Assembly (NCBI GenBank): GCA_046259355.1
Contig: JBJYWH010000134.1
Coordinates: 1-57,567, forward strand
Direction: 5' to 3'
Length of the DNA stretch: 57,567 nucleotides
Source: Anaerolineales bacterium
GTDB lineage: Bacteria; Chloroflexota; Anaerolineae; Anaerolineales; E44-bin32
The translations under genes and the position numbers were made by a program. Each line of letters begins with the position of its first letter. Position 1 is the stretch's first letter. The notes under the pieces are model-generated. The model was not told the origin of the DNA, did no database searches, and saw nothing but the letters and a program-made list of their open reading frames with translations. Positions 10,571 through 18,205 of the stretch are shown here, in pieces.

Positions 10571-11053
10571 ATGCGCAGAGGCGTCCTGCTGGTCGCGACG
10601 CTTTCCACGTTAACCGGCTTCCTGATCGTGCTCCTGGCAGCTGACGCCCTGCCGCTGACGGACCCGCTCAGGAACGGGCCGCGCTGGGTGATCATTCTCT
10701 CTGGACTCGCATTCCTGCTGGCCGGGGTACTCACGGTGCTGGTCGAGCTTCAACGCCACGAGGCAGCGACGGGAGCGGTATCGCTGGTGGGGATCCTGAG
10801 AACGCTTATCGGGCTGCTGCTGGTTCTGATCTTTCTCACGCTCGGCAATTGGGTAGCGTTTGGCCCGGGCGATCGTGATATCCAGGCCACGCTTTCCACC
10901 CCGCTTTTCGGAGCTGCCTCCGGTTCGAGCAGCTTCCTCGGAAGGGCAGCCTTTGGAATCGGCGCGGTGATCCTCGATTTATTCCTGCTGTATGGACTGG
11001 TGATGAGTGTCTGGCGGCGAGCGCGGGAGAAGACGTCCGCCAACCAGCTTTAG
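10571..11053 (+). CDS. hypothetical integral membrane protein
   Basis: ATG at 10571 preceded by CAGGAGGA. About four hydrophobic helices. No recognisable family. Confidence 0.55.
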   Translation: MRRGVLLVATLSTLTGFLIVLLAADALPLTDPLRNGPRWVIILSGLAFLLAGVLTVLVELQRHEAATGAVSLVGILRTLIGLLLVLIFLTLGNWVAFGPGDRDIQATLSTPLFGAASGSSSFLGRAAFGIGAVILDLFLLYGLVMSVWRRAREKTSANQL

Positions 11054-11192
11054 CATTCCCCCCACAGACCAAAAAGGAACAAGTTGACCCTCTCGCGGCA
11101 TCCCCCCGCTCGCTCGATTCGGGGACGGATCATGTCAGCCGCTCCCCCCTCCGCAATTTGCAGGAAATTTACATCCCGGTCATGCCCGCCTA

Positions 11193-11234
11193 ATCACAGG
11201 ATGGGATGCTCTTGATTGAAAATCATCCTGTGAT
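11193..11234 (+). promoter_or_regulatory. 11-bp perfect inverted repeat abutting the SD of the 11246 gene
   Basis: ATCACAGGATG (11193..11203), 20 nt, CATCCTGTGAT (11224..11234). The right arm runs directly into GGAGGT-N6-ATG. Confidence 0.3.
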
Positions 11235-11245
11235 GGAGGTAAATC

Positions 11246-11818
11246 ATGAACACTCGATCAAAACCCACACCGTTTTTCCAGAAGCTGCTCGGGATTTTGC
11301 TGGTTGCTGCCCTGGGGTTCGGCACATTCGTCCTTGCGGCTCCGGCCTACGCCGATGAAGGCGAACCGCCGCAGCCGGAAAAATTCGGAACCCGAATCGA
11401 TGAGCGACTGGAGATCTGCCTCGAGAAGCTCAACGAGTGGTACCGAATCCAGGACGGCAACGTGGCCAAGGCCAACCATGCCATTCAGCGGGTTGAGGAT
11501 GCGCTGACGAAGGCCGCTGAGCTGGGGCTTGACACCTCCGAAATCGAAGCCTTGATGCCGGGATTGTACGCCGCCGTCGATAACGCAGAGGCCTATCACG
11601 CCAGGGCGGAGCAGATTCTATCGGAGCATGACGGATTCAACGGGGGCGGCAAAGTCGTCGATCGTTCGCAGGCGATGGATACCTGCCGCTCGGCTCGCGA
11701 AGTTCTGGCTACGGCCAGGGACTCCCTGCTCGCAGCACGCGACAGCGTGCGGGAAATCATCGAGCTGGTCAGGCAGATGCGTCAGGACTACATTCCCTCA
11801 ACGGAAGGCGTGAGCTGA
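11246..11818 (+). CDS. secreted hypothetical protein (signal peptide, helical)
   Basis: 190 aa. N-terminal signal KLLGILLVAALGFGTFVLAAPAYA followed by a charged helical sequence. Good SD. Confidence 0.6.
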   Translation: MNTRSKPTPFFQKLLGILLVAALGFGTFVLAAPAYADEGEPPQPEKFGTRIDERLEICLEKLNEWYRIQDGNVAKANHAIQRVEDALTKAAELGLDTSEIEALMPGLYAAVDNAEAYHARAEQILSEHDGFNGGGKVVDRSQAMDTCRSAREVLATARDSLLAARDSVREIIELVRQMRQDYIPSTEGVS

Positions 11819-11830
11819 ACGAGACCGGCC

Positions 11831-12160
11831 ATGCACAAGCGGGCATTCCTTCTCGCCATCGTGCTGGGTGCAGTCGCCTTGAGCGGCTGCACCCGCGCCA
11901 ACGCTCACAAGACAGCAAACAACCCGAACACCGCTGTGGAAACGCCAAGTCCGCTGCAGGCTGGCGAGAATGGACACACGCATGGCATCTCATCCCCGGC
12001 TCCACGCGAGAGCCCGCCGCCTGTGAATACCGAAACGCCGGCGATACCCGCGACGGACGCTGAGGATCCGGAAGCGGTGCTCAACGAACTCGAATCAGCC
12101 CTGCGCGATTTGGAGGGCCTCCTGGGAGCGACCGCGGACTGGGATATTGATGCTCCATGA
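11831..12160 (+). CDS. small lipoprotein, hypothetical
   Basis: 109 aa with lipobox AVALSGC after a hydrophobic h-region. Starts 12 nt after the previous gene. Confidence 0.55.
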   Translation: MHKRAFLLAIVLGAVALSGCTRANAHKTANNPNTAVETPSPLQAGENGHTHGISSPAPRESPPPVNTETPAIPATDAEDPEAVLNELESALRDLEGLLGATADWDIDAP

Positions 12161-12450
12161 AATTCAAAGGGCGAAAAAGACCGGCGGCCGGGGCTGTACC
12201 ATATGGGCAGCCCCCTGCCGCTTCCAGGGAGGTGGCGAGACGGAAATAGGGACCTCATGCACCCCGAACGGATATCGAAGAACCAGGGGATGCGGACCGT
12301 GTATACGGCTATCGGGAAAATGGGCTCGAATCCGCTGCTGAAGCGATTCAAAGGGGGTACGTCAAGTGCGGAGGTTAGGCCTGCCTCTTTCGGATTGCAT
12401 TTTCCCGGCAGCGCGCCTGTCCACGAGCCGCTTTAATCCAGCTTCTGATG

Positions 12451-12481
12451 AAATAAAAGCCGCCCTGACCTTCAGGGCGGC
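12451..12481 (-). terminator. rho-independent terminator of infC-rpmI-rplT
   Basis: Perfect 10-bp stem GCCGCCCTGA/TCAGGGCGGC (12459..12468 and 12472..12481) with a 3-nt loop. On the minus strand it is followed by TTTTATTT. Confidence 0.85.
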
Positions 12482-12521
12482 TCCCTGTCTCGAATGAATT
12501 TCGCACATCCACCGGGTGGAA

Positions 12522-12869
12522 TCACCCGCCTGCAGACTTCACAACCTCGGAGAACGCTTTCGGATCGCGTACGGCCAGGTCAGCGAGCATCTTGCGGTTC
12601 AGCCGGATCCCGGCACCCTTCATGTCATGGACCAGGCGGCTGTAGGTGGTGCCGTTCTGGCGCGCAGCGGCATTGATGCGTGCAATCCACAATCGGCGCA
12701 GGTCGCGTTTTCGAGTCCGGCGATCGCGGTAGGAGTACCAGAGGCTCTTCAGCATGGCTTCATTTGCACGGCGGAAAAGTTTGCTGCGGGTACCGTACAT
12801 ACCGCTGGTGATCTTGAGAATTTTCTTATGGCGTTTGCGGGTAACAACCCCGCCTTTGACACGAGTCAC
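12522..12869 (-). CDS. rplT: 50S ribosomal protein L20
   Basis: 115 aa, [19 protein letters not shown]...[10 protein letters not shown], a textbook L20 sequence. Confidence 0.95.
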   Translation of the reverse strand: MTRVKGGVVTRKRHKKILKITSGMYGTRSKLFRRANEAMLKSLWYSYRDRRTRKRDLRRLWIARINAAARQNGTTYSRLVHDMKGAGIRLNRKMLADLAVRDPKAFSEVVKSAGG

Positions 12870-12951
12870 GTTTCACTCTCCAGTGAACCCCTGGGCGCCA
12901 GCGCCGGGCAGGCGCTCGTTGCATGCACCCAACGGCCACAACAATCGGCGG

Positions 12952-13227
12952 CTACTTCGATGATCCGCCGGAACGGGCATTCGGATTGGCTTTGTATTTC
13001 TTCAGGTAGGGCGCCAGGCGCATGACACGTTTGGCGATGCCCTTCGATTCGACCGGCAGCATTTCGGTGTACAGGCGCTTCACGCGCGCCGACTTCTTGC
13101 GGCGCAGGTGGCTTTGCGCGCCCTTGGTGCGGACCAGCTTGCCCGACCCCGTCAAGCGGAATCGTTTAGCGGTCGCCTTGTGTGTCTTGAGCTTGTACTT
13201 ACCCTTTTTTGTTGACTTGCGCGGCAC
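12952..13227 (-). CDS. rpmI: 50S ribosomal protein L35 (with N- and C-terminal extensions)
   Basis: Core KLKTHKATAKRFRLTGSGKLVRTKGAQSHL...RLAPYL is L35. I prefer the GTG at 13227, 8 nt after AGGAGGG, over the ATG at 13251. Confidence 0.85.
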   Translation of the reverse strand: MPRKSTKKGKYKLKTHKATAKRFRLTGSGKLVRTKGAQSHLRRKKSARVKRLYTEMLPVESKGIAKRVMRLAPYLKKYKANPNARSGGSSK

Positions 13228-13351
13228 GGTTCGTACCCTCCTGTCCTGCATTTGGTTCTATCTTCGGTCGATCCTGAGAACCAAGCCCGCGGACGGTCCA
13301 GCTGTCCGCGGAGACGTCATGCTGAATTGGTGGCGCCAGCTTGTCCTGGCG

Positions 13352-13912
13352 CTATTTTGATTTCCCCGGCGCGAGCATCATAAGCATCGTCCGGCCTTCC
13401 ATCATCGGAGCTTGCTCGATCACGCCAACGTCGGATAATTCTTCTGCGATAGACTGCAGATCCTGGAGCGCGATTTCGGGGTAGTGGATCTCCCGGCCTC
13501 GAAAACGGATGCGCACCCGGACCTTCTTGCCTTCCGTCAACCAGCGACGGGCATCGCGAACTTTAAATGAGCGGTGGTGATCGGAAGTCTTCGGCCGCAG
13601 CCGGACCTCCTTGATTTCTACCTTTGTCTGCGCCTTGCGCGCCTCCCGGTCCTTCTTGGCCTTCTCGTACAGGAATTTGCCATAATCCAGGACTCGGCAC
13701 ACGGGCGGATCAGAGTTGGGTGCGACCTCAACCAGGTCGAGGTCTGCTTCCCGAGCGACTCGCAGCGCTTCCTCAATCGACACTACACCGACGTTGTCGC
13801 CGTCTGGGCCGATGAGGCGAACCTCGCGGACACGGATATCCTCATTAATTCGATAATCTGATGCGCTGATTTTCAGCTCCTCCGACACAGACACATAGGC
13901 CGCCCGGTCCAT
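13352..13912 (-). CDS. infC: translation initiation factor IF-3
   Basis: RINEDIRVREVRLIGPDG...VVSIEEALRVAREADLDLVEV plus the IF3 C-domain. The true start may be the in-frame ATC at 13870, which has GGAGGAG 6 nt upstream; the ATG at 13912 has no SD. Confidence 0.9.
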   Translation of the reverse strand: MDRAAYVSVSEELKISASDYRINEDIRVREVRLIGPDGDNVGVVSIEEALRVAREADLDLVEVAPNSDPPVCRVLDYGKFLYEKAKKDREARKAQTKVEIKEVRLRPKTSDHHRSFKVRDARRWLTEGKKVRVRIRFRGREIHYPEIALQDLQSIAEELSDVGVIEQAPMMEGRTMLMMLAPGKSK

Positions 13913-14056
13913 TGTCGAGCGGCCCTAGGACGCGCGGATGATACCACGGGTTCGCTTGAATCGTCAAATGATTGCGAGCTCTCCCACGCGTTCTGCGCCT
14001 GTGAAGCATTCAGTCGTCGGCCAGTCCACCGGAAGTAAAAATTCGGAGAGAGACAA

Positions 14057-14086
14057 TTGAGCCGGATCTCTACCGATCCGGCTCAA
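14057..14086 (-). terminator. hairpin downstream of the sigma/anti-sigma operon
   Basis: Perfect 12-bp stem TTGAGCCGGATC/GATCCGGCTCAA with a 6-nt loop, 48 nt after the stop at 14134. On the minus strand it is followed by TTGTCTCTCTCCGAATTTTT. Confidence 0.55.
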
Positions 14087-14133
14087 CGGAAGCATCGCGA
14101 GGCGGCAGAGGAGGGGCGCCGCCGGATGCTTTG

Positions 14134-15003
14134 CTATGGCCTGCCGCTTCCGCCTCCTGAGTTCGATCCGTTGGGGCCCTGCGGTTCACCGGGGCCTTTC
14201 GGGCCGCTGCCCTCACCATTCGATCCGGGTGGAGCGAAATCTGGCTGATCGGGAGCTTCGTCGGATCGCTCTGTCCCCAGGCGCAGGCGAAAGGTGGTTG
14301 GATCCTCGATCGCATCCTGCGCCGTATTTCGGATCCGCAGGAGAGCCTGTTCTGTTTGTCGAAGGGCTTCATCCTGGTCTTCGGGTGCATTCGTGCGCAG
14401 CTGCTGCATGATTTGAAGCTGCTGTTCGGCCCGGGTCCGGATTTGCTCCATGGTTTGTATCAGCTGTGGATCGTCAAGCTGGGCTGATTGCTGCAGTGCG
14501 AGTCTCAGGTGCGTTTCAAGCCGGTTCATCAATTGGAGGTTGATCGGCTCACCCTGACGAACGAGCGCACCAATCTCTTCCAGGCGGGTTTCGACCAGAT
14601 CCTCCAGCAGCAGCACTTCATGCTGTGGATCACGGGTCAGGCCCAGGCGAAAGTCTTCCAGCGCCAATTTCACTCCGTAGAGTGGATCACCGGGCAGGCT
14701 AGATTGCGCGGCGTAGGCTGCGGTGGTGCCGGTGCCTCCAAGGGCCAGGGCGAGTACGATCAGGATGCGGGCAAAACTGAACATGGGTGAACGCTCCTTT
14801 CGGAATTTTGACATCCACCCTTTATGACGCCCTGCATCGACTCCGGATACGGGTTCTCTGATTTCTTCAACGGCCTGAAGGTAAGCCTGCCGTCCTTCAG
14901 CGGCACGTGTCGCGTCGCGTTCGGGCACTTCCTGCAGCGCGTCCAGCCAGCGCGGGCCGGCATCCTGTGGATCTTTGTTCGACATGAGATCACTCCTCGG
15001 CAT
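14134..15003 (-). CDS. putative anti-sigma factor (single-pass membrane, DUF5667-like ectodomain, Gly/Pro-rich tail)
   Basis: 289 aa. The start overlaps the sigma gene stop. One TM (FSFARILIVLALALGGTGTTAAYA), a helical repeat ectodomain, and a C-terminal GSNGEGSGPKGPGEPQGPNGSNSGGGSG tail. Confidence 0.55.
   Translation of the reverse strand: MPRSDLMSNKDPQDAGPRWLDALQEVPERDATRAAEGRQAYLQAVEEIREPVSGVDAGRHKGWMSKFRKERSPMFSFARILIVLALALGGTGTTAAYAAQSSLPGDPLYGVKLALEDFRLGLTRDPQHEVLLLEDLVETRLEEIGALVRQGEPINLQLMNRLETHLRLALQQSAQLDDPQLIQTMEQIRTRAEQQLQIMQQLRTNAPEDQDEALRQTEQALLRIRNTAQDAIEDPTTFRLRLGTERSDEAPDQPDFAPPGSNGEGSGPKGPGEPQGPNGSNSGGGSGRP
14819..14852 (-). promoter_or_regulatory. ECF-type promoter-like motif copy 2 (inside the anti-sigma gene)
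   Basis: Minus strand reads CCGTATC-N15-GCGTCATAAAGG, the same words and spacing as the copy at 15574..15607. It ends 4 nt before the in-frame ATG at 14814. Confidence 0.4.
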
Positions 15004-15566
15004 CAGGCCTCCATCTCGTCCCAGCCGTGATCCCGCTTCAACATCCTTCGCATCGCCGACAGGCCCCGGTGCTGGAGCGCCTTGACGGCGCCGACCGGTT
15101 TCTCGAGGGCGGCGGCAACCTCGTCGTTGCTCAGGCCCTGGAAGAATTTGAGCAGGATGACCTGGCGCTGGTCGGGCGTGAGGCGCCAGATCAACCCCCG
15201 GGCAATCTCAGCTGAGATCCGATCTTCGGCCTGCCGGGCCGGATCATCACTCAATGGCGCCACCGGAACGTCAGGATCCGGCGCATCAGCATCGGCCGGG
15301 CTGCGGCGGTGAACGTCCATCGCCAGGTTGTGCGCAATGCGGTAGAGGTAGGCCCGCAGGTTATCGCGCGGGCCGCCTCCTGCTTCGATCGCACGCAGGA
15401 AGCGCAGGAAGGTCTCGCTGACGATATCCTCGGCTGCATCCGCGGCGCCCAGCAGGCGATAGGCATAACGGTAAAGCTCCGGACTGAGCTCGTCATAAAT
15501 CTCAGCCAGGACCTTCCGATCTCGTCTTCGGGCATCCTGCAGCCATTTCGCGTCCTGCGCCGACAT
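15003..15566 (-). CDS. ECF-family RNA polymerase sigma-70 factor
   Basis: Region 2 (YRYAYRLLGAADAAEDIVSETFLRFL, YLYRIAHN) and region 4 HTH (LSNDEVAAALEKPVGAVKALQHRG). Start is the ATG at 15566 or the GTG at 15569. Confidence 0.9.
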   Translation of the reverse strand: MSAQDAKWLQDARRRDRKVLAEIYDELSPELYRYAYRLLGAADAAEDIVSETFLRFLRAIEAGGGPRDNLRAYLYRIAHNLAMDVHRRSPADADAPDPDVPVAPLSDDPARQAEDRISAEIARGLIWRLTPDQRQVILLKFFQGLSNDEVAAALEKPVGAVKALQHRGLSAMRRMLKRDHGWDEMEA

Positions 15567-15573
15567 CACTCAA

Positions 15574-15607
15574 CCTTTATGACGCACTGGAGTGGAAATC
15601 GATACGG
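15574..15607 (-). promoter_or_regulatory. ECF-type promoter-like motif copy 1 (upstream of the sigma gene)
   Basis: Minus strand reads CCGTATC-N15-GCGTCATAAAGG. The CGTC -10-like element lies 16 nt after CGTATC. The sigma ATG follows 7 nt after the motif. Confidence 0.45.
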
Positions 15608-15807
15608 CCCGAGTTCTACCCTGCCCTGCCGCCACAAACGAATCCTGACTTTACCCATTGATTGGGAAGTGACCGAATCTGCTGGGCTGATTATACGTTA
15701 AGGCATACCCCCTCCAGCCCAATTTATGGATAAAGATTACCTATATGACCATTTTCCCACAGCCGTGCAAGATTCCATGTGGCATGCTCAATCCATTCAT
15801 GCGTTAA

Positions 15808-16092
15808 TTGGATCTCGATCCGGGGCTACTTGCGATGCTGGGTGAGTTATTTCAACGCGATGCAAGCCGCAGGCGTGTAATGGCGGCTGCAACAGTCATT
15901 CCTGAATCGCGGCGCTGTGTGCAGTGCGGCATCTGCTCCTATAACTGTCCGCTGGGAGTGGATGTTCGACGGTACGCGCGACTGGGCCAATCGATAGCTG
16001 AGCAAGCCTGCCTGACATGCGGTGAGTGCGTCGCCCGTTGCCCGCGCGGTGCGCTGCGTTTTGAATCGCACGAAGTCGGGCTGCGGGACTGA
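15808..16092 (+). CDS. 2x[4Fe-4S] ferredoxin-like protein
   Basis: CVQCGICSYNCP and CLTCGECVARCP cluster motifs. The start codon is uncertain (TTG 15808, ATG 15835 or ATG 15880). Confidence 0.7.
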   Translation: MDLDPGLLAMLGELFQRDASRRRVMAAATVIPESRRCVQCGICSYNCPLGVDVRRYARLGQSIAEQACLTCGECVARCPRGALRFESHEVGLRD

Positions 16093-16096
16093 GCCG

Positions 16097-17425
16097 ATGG
16101 CCCGACGATTCGTGATCGTTGGAAGCGGCGCGGCCGGCATTGCCGCGGCGGAGAGCCTGCGCCAGCGGGATAGCGCGGCGAAGATTGCCCTGGTCACCCA
16201 CGATCCGGATGGGTACTATTCGCGGCCTGGGCTGGCTTATCTGCTGACAGGGCATCTGCCCGAAAATCAGCTCTTCCCGCTCTCAGCGCGCGAGCTCAGT
16301 GATCTCCATATAGAGTTCATTCACGATCGGGCTGTTTCGATCGATTCGGATGCTCATCGCTTGGGGTTGCTGCGGCACGACCCAGTACATTATGACCGAT
16401 TGCTTCTGGCGGTTGGAGCGCAAGCCAGCATGCCGGTCGTGGAGGGTGTCGAACTGCAGGGCGTGGTAAAGCTCGACACCCTGCAGGATGCCCGCATCAT
16501 CGCGAAGCTCGCTCGACGGGCGCGCCGTGCGGTCGTGGTCGGAGGCGGAATCACAGCCGTCGAGCTGGTCGAAGGGCTTGCGGCACGGGGCGTGGAGACA
16601 CACTACTTCCTGCGCCGAGAGCGCTACTGGCCCGGGGTATTGGATGAACACGAATCACGGCTTGTGGAGCATTGCCTGACGCAGGAAGGGGTGCAGATCC
16701 ACCACCACACCGAGCTTCGACGGATCCTCGGCCGGCGGGGCAGGGTGATCGGCGTGGAGACGGCGGCGGGGGTGACGCTGGCATGCCAGATGGTTGCTTT
16801 TGCCATCGGGATCCGCCCTCGGCAGAAGCTGGCGCGTTCAGGAGGGGTAGAGGTGCAGCGCGGTATCCTGGTGGACGAACAGCTGCGGACGAGCGGGACG
16901 GATATCTACGCGGCTGGTGATGCGGCGCAGGTTTTCGATCCGGTTCGGAATGAGCACCTGCTCGACAGCCTGTGGTGGCCCGCTGTCGAGCAGGGGCGGA
17001 TCGCGGGCATCAATATGGCCGGCGCCTCGCAGGAATACAGGAAACCGCTCGCGATGAACGTGACCCGCATCGGCGGTCTGACGACAACGTTGATTGGAGC
17101 GCTGGGGGCCGGCCAGGCAGATGATGACCTGCTCTCGATCGCGCGAGGTGACAGTGAGGCATGGCGCAGAGCACCACACGCCTTCGCGGTCGAGCGGGAG
17201 CGCGAAGCAAACCGAATCCGCCTGCTGCTGGATGAGACCAACATCATCGGAGCCCTCGTGATGGGAGACCAGACGCTTTCGTATCCACTGCAGGATTTGA
17301 TCCTTCAGCGAGCAGACATCCGGCCAATTCGTGGGAAGTTGCTCGCAGCGAGCGAACCCGTTGGCGAGCTGCTCACCGATTTCTGGCTGAATTGGAAGGA
17401 GAACGAAGGTGCGCTCGAGTCGTGA
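16097..17425 (+). CDS. FAD/NAD(P)-dependent pyridine nucleotide-disulfide family oxidoreductase
   Basis: Starts MARRFVIVGSGAAGIAAAE (GxGxxG), with a second dinucleotide fold RRAVVVGGGITAVE and a GD motif AAGDAA. The ATG is 4 nt after the ferredoxin stop. Confidence 0.85.
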   Translation: MARRFVIVGSGAAGIAAAESLRQRDSAAKIALVTHDPDGYYSRPGLAYLLTGHLPENQLFPLSARELSDLHIEFIHDRAVSIDSDAHRLGLLRHDPVHYDRLLLAVGAQASMPVVEGVELQGVVKLDTLQDARIIAKLARRARRAVVVGGGITAVELVEGLAARGVETHYFLRRERYWPGVLDEHESRLVEHCLTQEGVQIHHHTELRRILGRRGRVIGVETAAGVTLACQMVAFAIGIRPRQKLARSGGVEVQRGILVDEQLRTSGTDIYAAGDAAQVFDPVRNEHLLDSLWWPAVEQGRIAGINMAGASQEYRKPLAMNVTRIGGLTTTLIGALGAGQADDDLLSIARGDSEAWRRAPHAFAVEREREANRIRLLLDETNIIGALVMGDQTLSYPLQDLILQRADIRPIRGKLLAASEPVGELLTDFWLNWKENEGALES

Positions 17426-18197
17426 ACTGCTCCTGGCCGCAACCGCGATGGTGCTGATCGGTGGCCTCTATGTCGGCGTGGTGATGGCGATAGGGACACC
17501 CACTGCAAGCGGGTTGATCGGTCACAGCCTGGGCGTGGTGGGTTTCATCCTGATGCTGGCTACCGAGACACTCTATTCGCTGCGCAAGCGATCGACCCGT
17601 GCGCGCTGGGGACGCATGAGCAGCTGGATGCAGTTTCATATTTTTACCGGGATCGTTGGCCCGTACCTCGTCCTGCTCCACACCGCGTGGCGTTTCCAGG
17701 GCCTGGCGGGAATCGTCACGTTGCTGACCTTGATTGTCGTGCTGAGCGGATTTGTGGGACGCTACATTTACACTGCAGTGCCACGCACAGCGGACGGCGT
17801 CATGGTGGAAGTCGATCAACTGCAAGCAGAGTTGGATCGGCTCGAAATCGATCTCAGGAATCAATTCGCATCCGAGAATATCCTGCTGAATGATTTGACC
17901 TCCCGGGTTGAGAGTGGGAGCAAAGCTGTCCTTGGCCGAGCCTTATTCGCGAGGGGCGAACGGCGACGCTGGCGAGCACTGCTCAACAAGATCGGCGTTC
18001 CGCCGGGCGAGACGGAACGAATCCTCTCGCTGCTTTCCCGCCGCAGCGACCTGGCAAGGCAGGTACGATCGACTCAGACTGCACGGCGTCTGCTGGCGGT
18101 ATGGCACAGTGTTCATATTCCGATCGGGATGGCGCTGTTTGCAGCCGCGTTTGTGCACATTGGCGCCGCCCTTTACTACGCCACATTACAACCTTGA
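17409..18197 (+). CDS. polytopic membrane protein with conserved intramembrane His (possible b-type haem/electron-transfer subunit)
   Basis: GTG at 17409, 7 nt after GGAAGGAG, overlapping the previous gene by 17 nt. Helices carry GHSLGVVGF, MQFHIFTG..LLHTAW and WHSVHIPIG..FVHIG. Confidence 0.55.
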   Translation: MRSSRELLLAATAMVLIGGLYVGVVMAIGTPTASGLIGHSLGVVGFILMLATETLYSLRKRSTRARWGRMSSWMQFHIFTGIVGPYLVLLHTAWRFQGLAGIVTLLTLIVVLSGFVGRYIYTAVPRTADGVMVEVDQLQAELDRLEIDLRNQFASENILLNDLTSRVESGSKAVLGRALFARGERRRWRALLNKIGVPPGETERILSLLSRRSDLARQVRSTQTARRLLAVWHSVHIPIGMALFAAAFVHIGAALYYATLQP

Positions 18198-18205
18198 GAG
18201 ACGGG

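Noticed and set aside
12161-12450. ORF-poor 290-bp stretch containing GGCTCGAATCC and a GGGGCTG...CAGCCCC hairpin, considered as a tRNA or ncRNA
   Set aside because: No cloverleaf can be drawn: the T-arm flanks are not complementary and there is no acceptor stem. I recognise no riboswitch or ncRNA signature. It is left unannotated apart from the rplT terminator.
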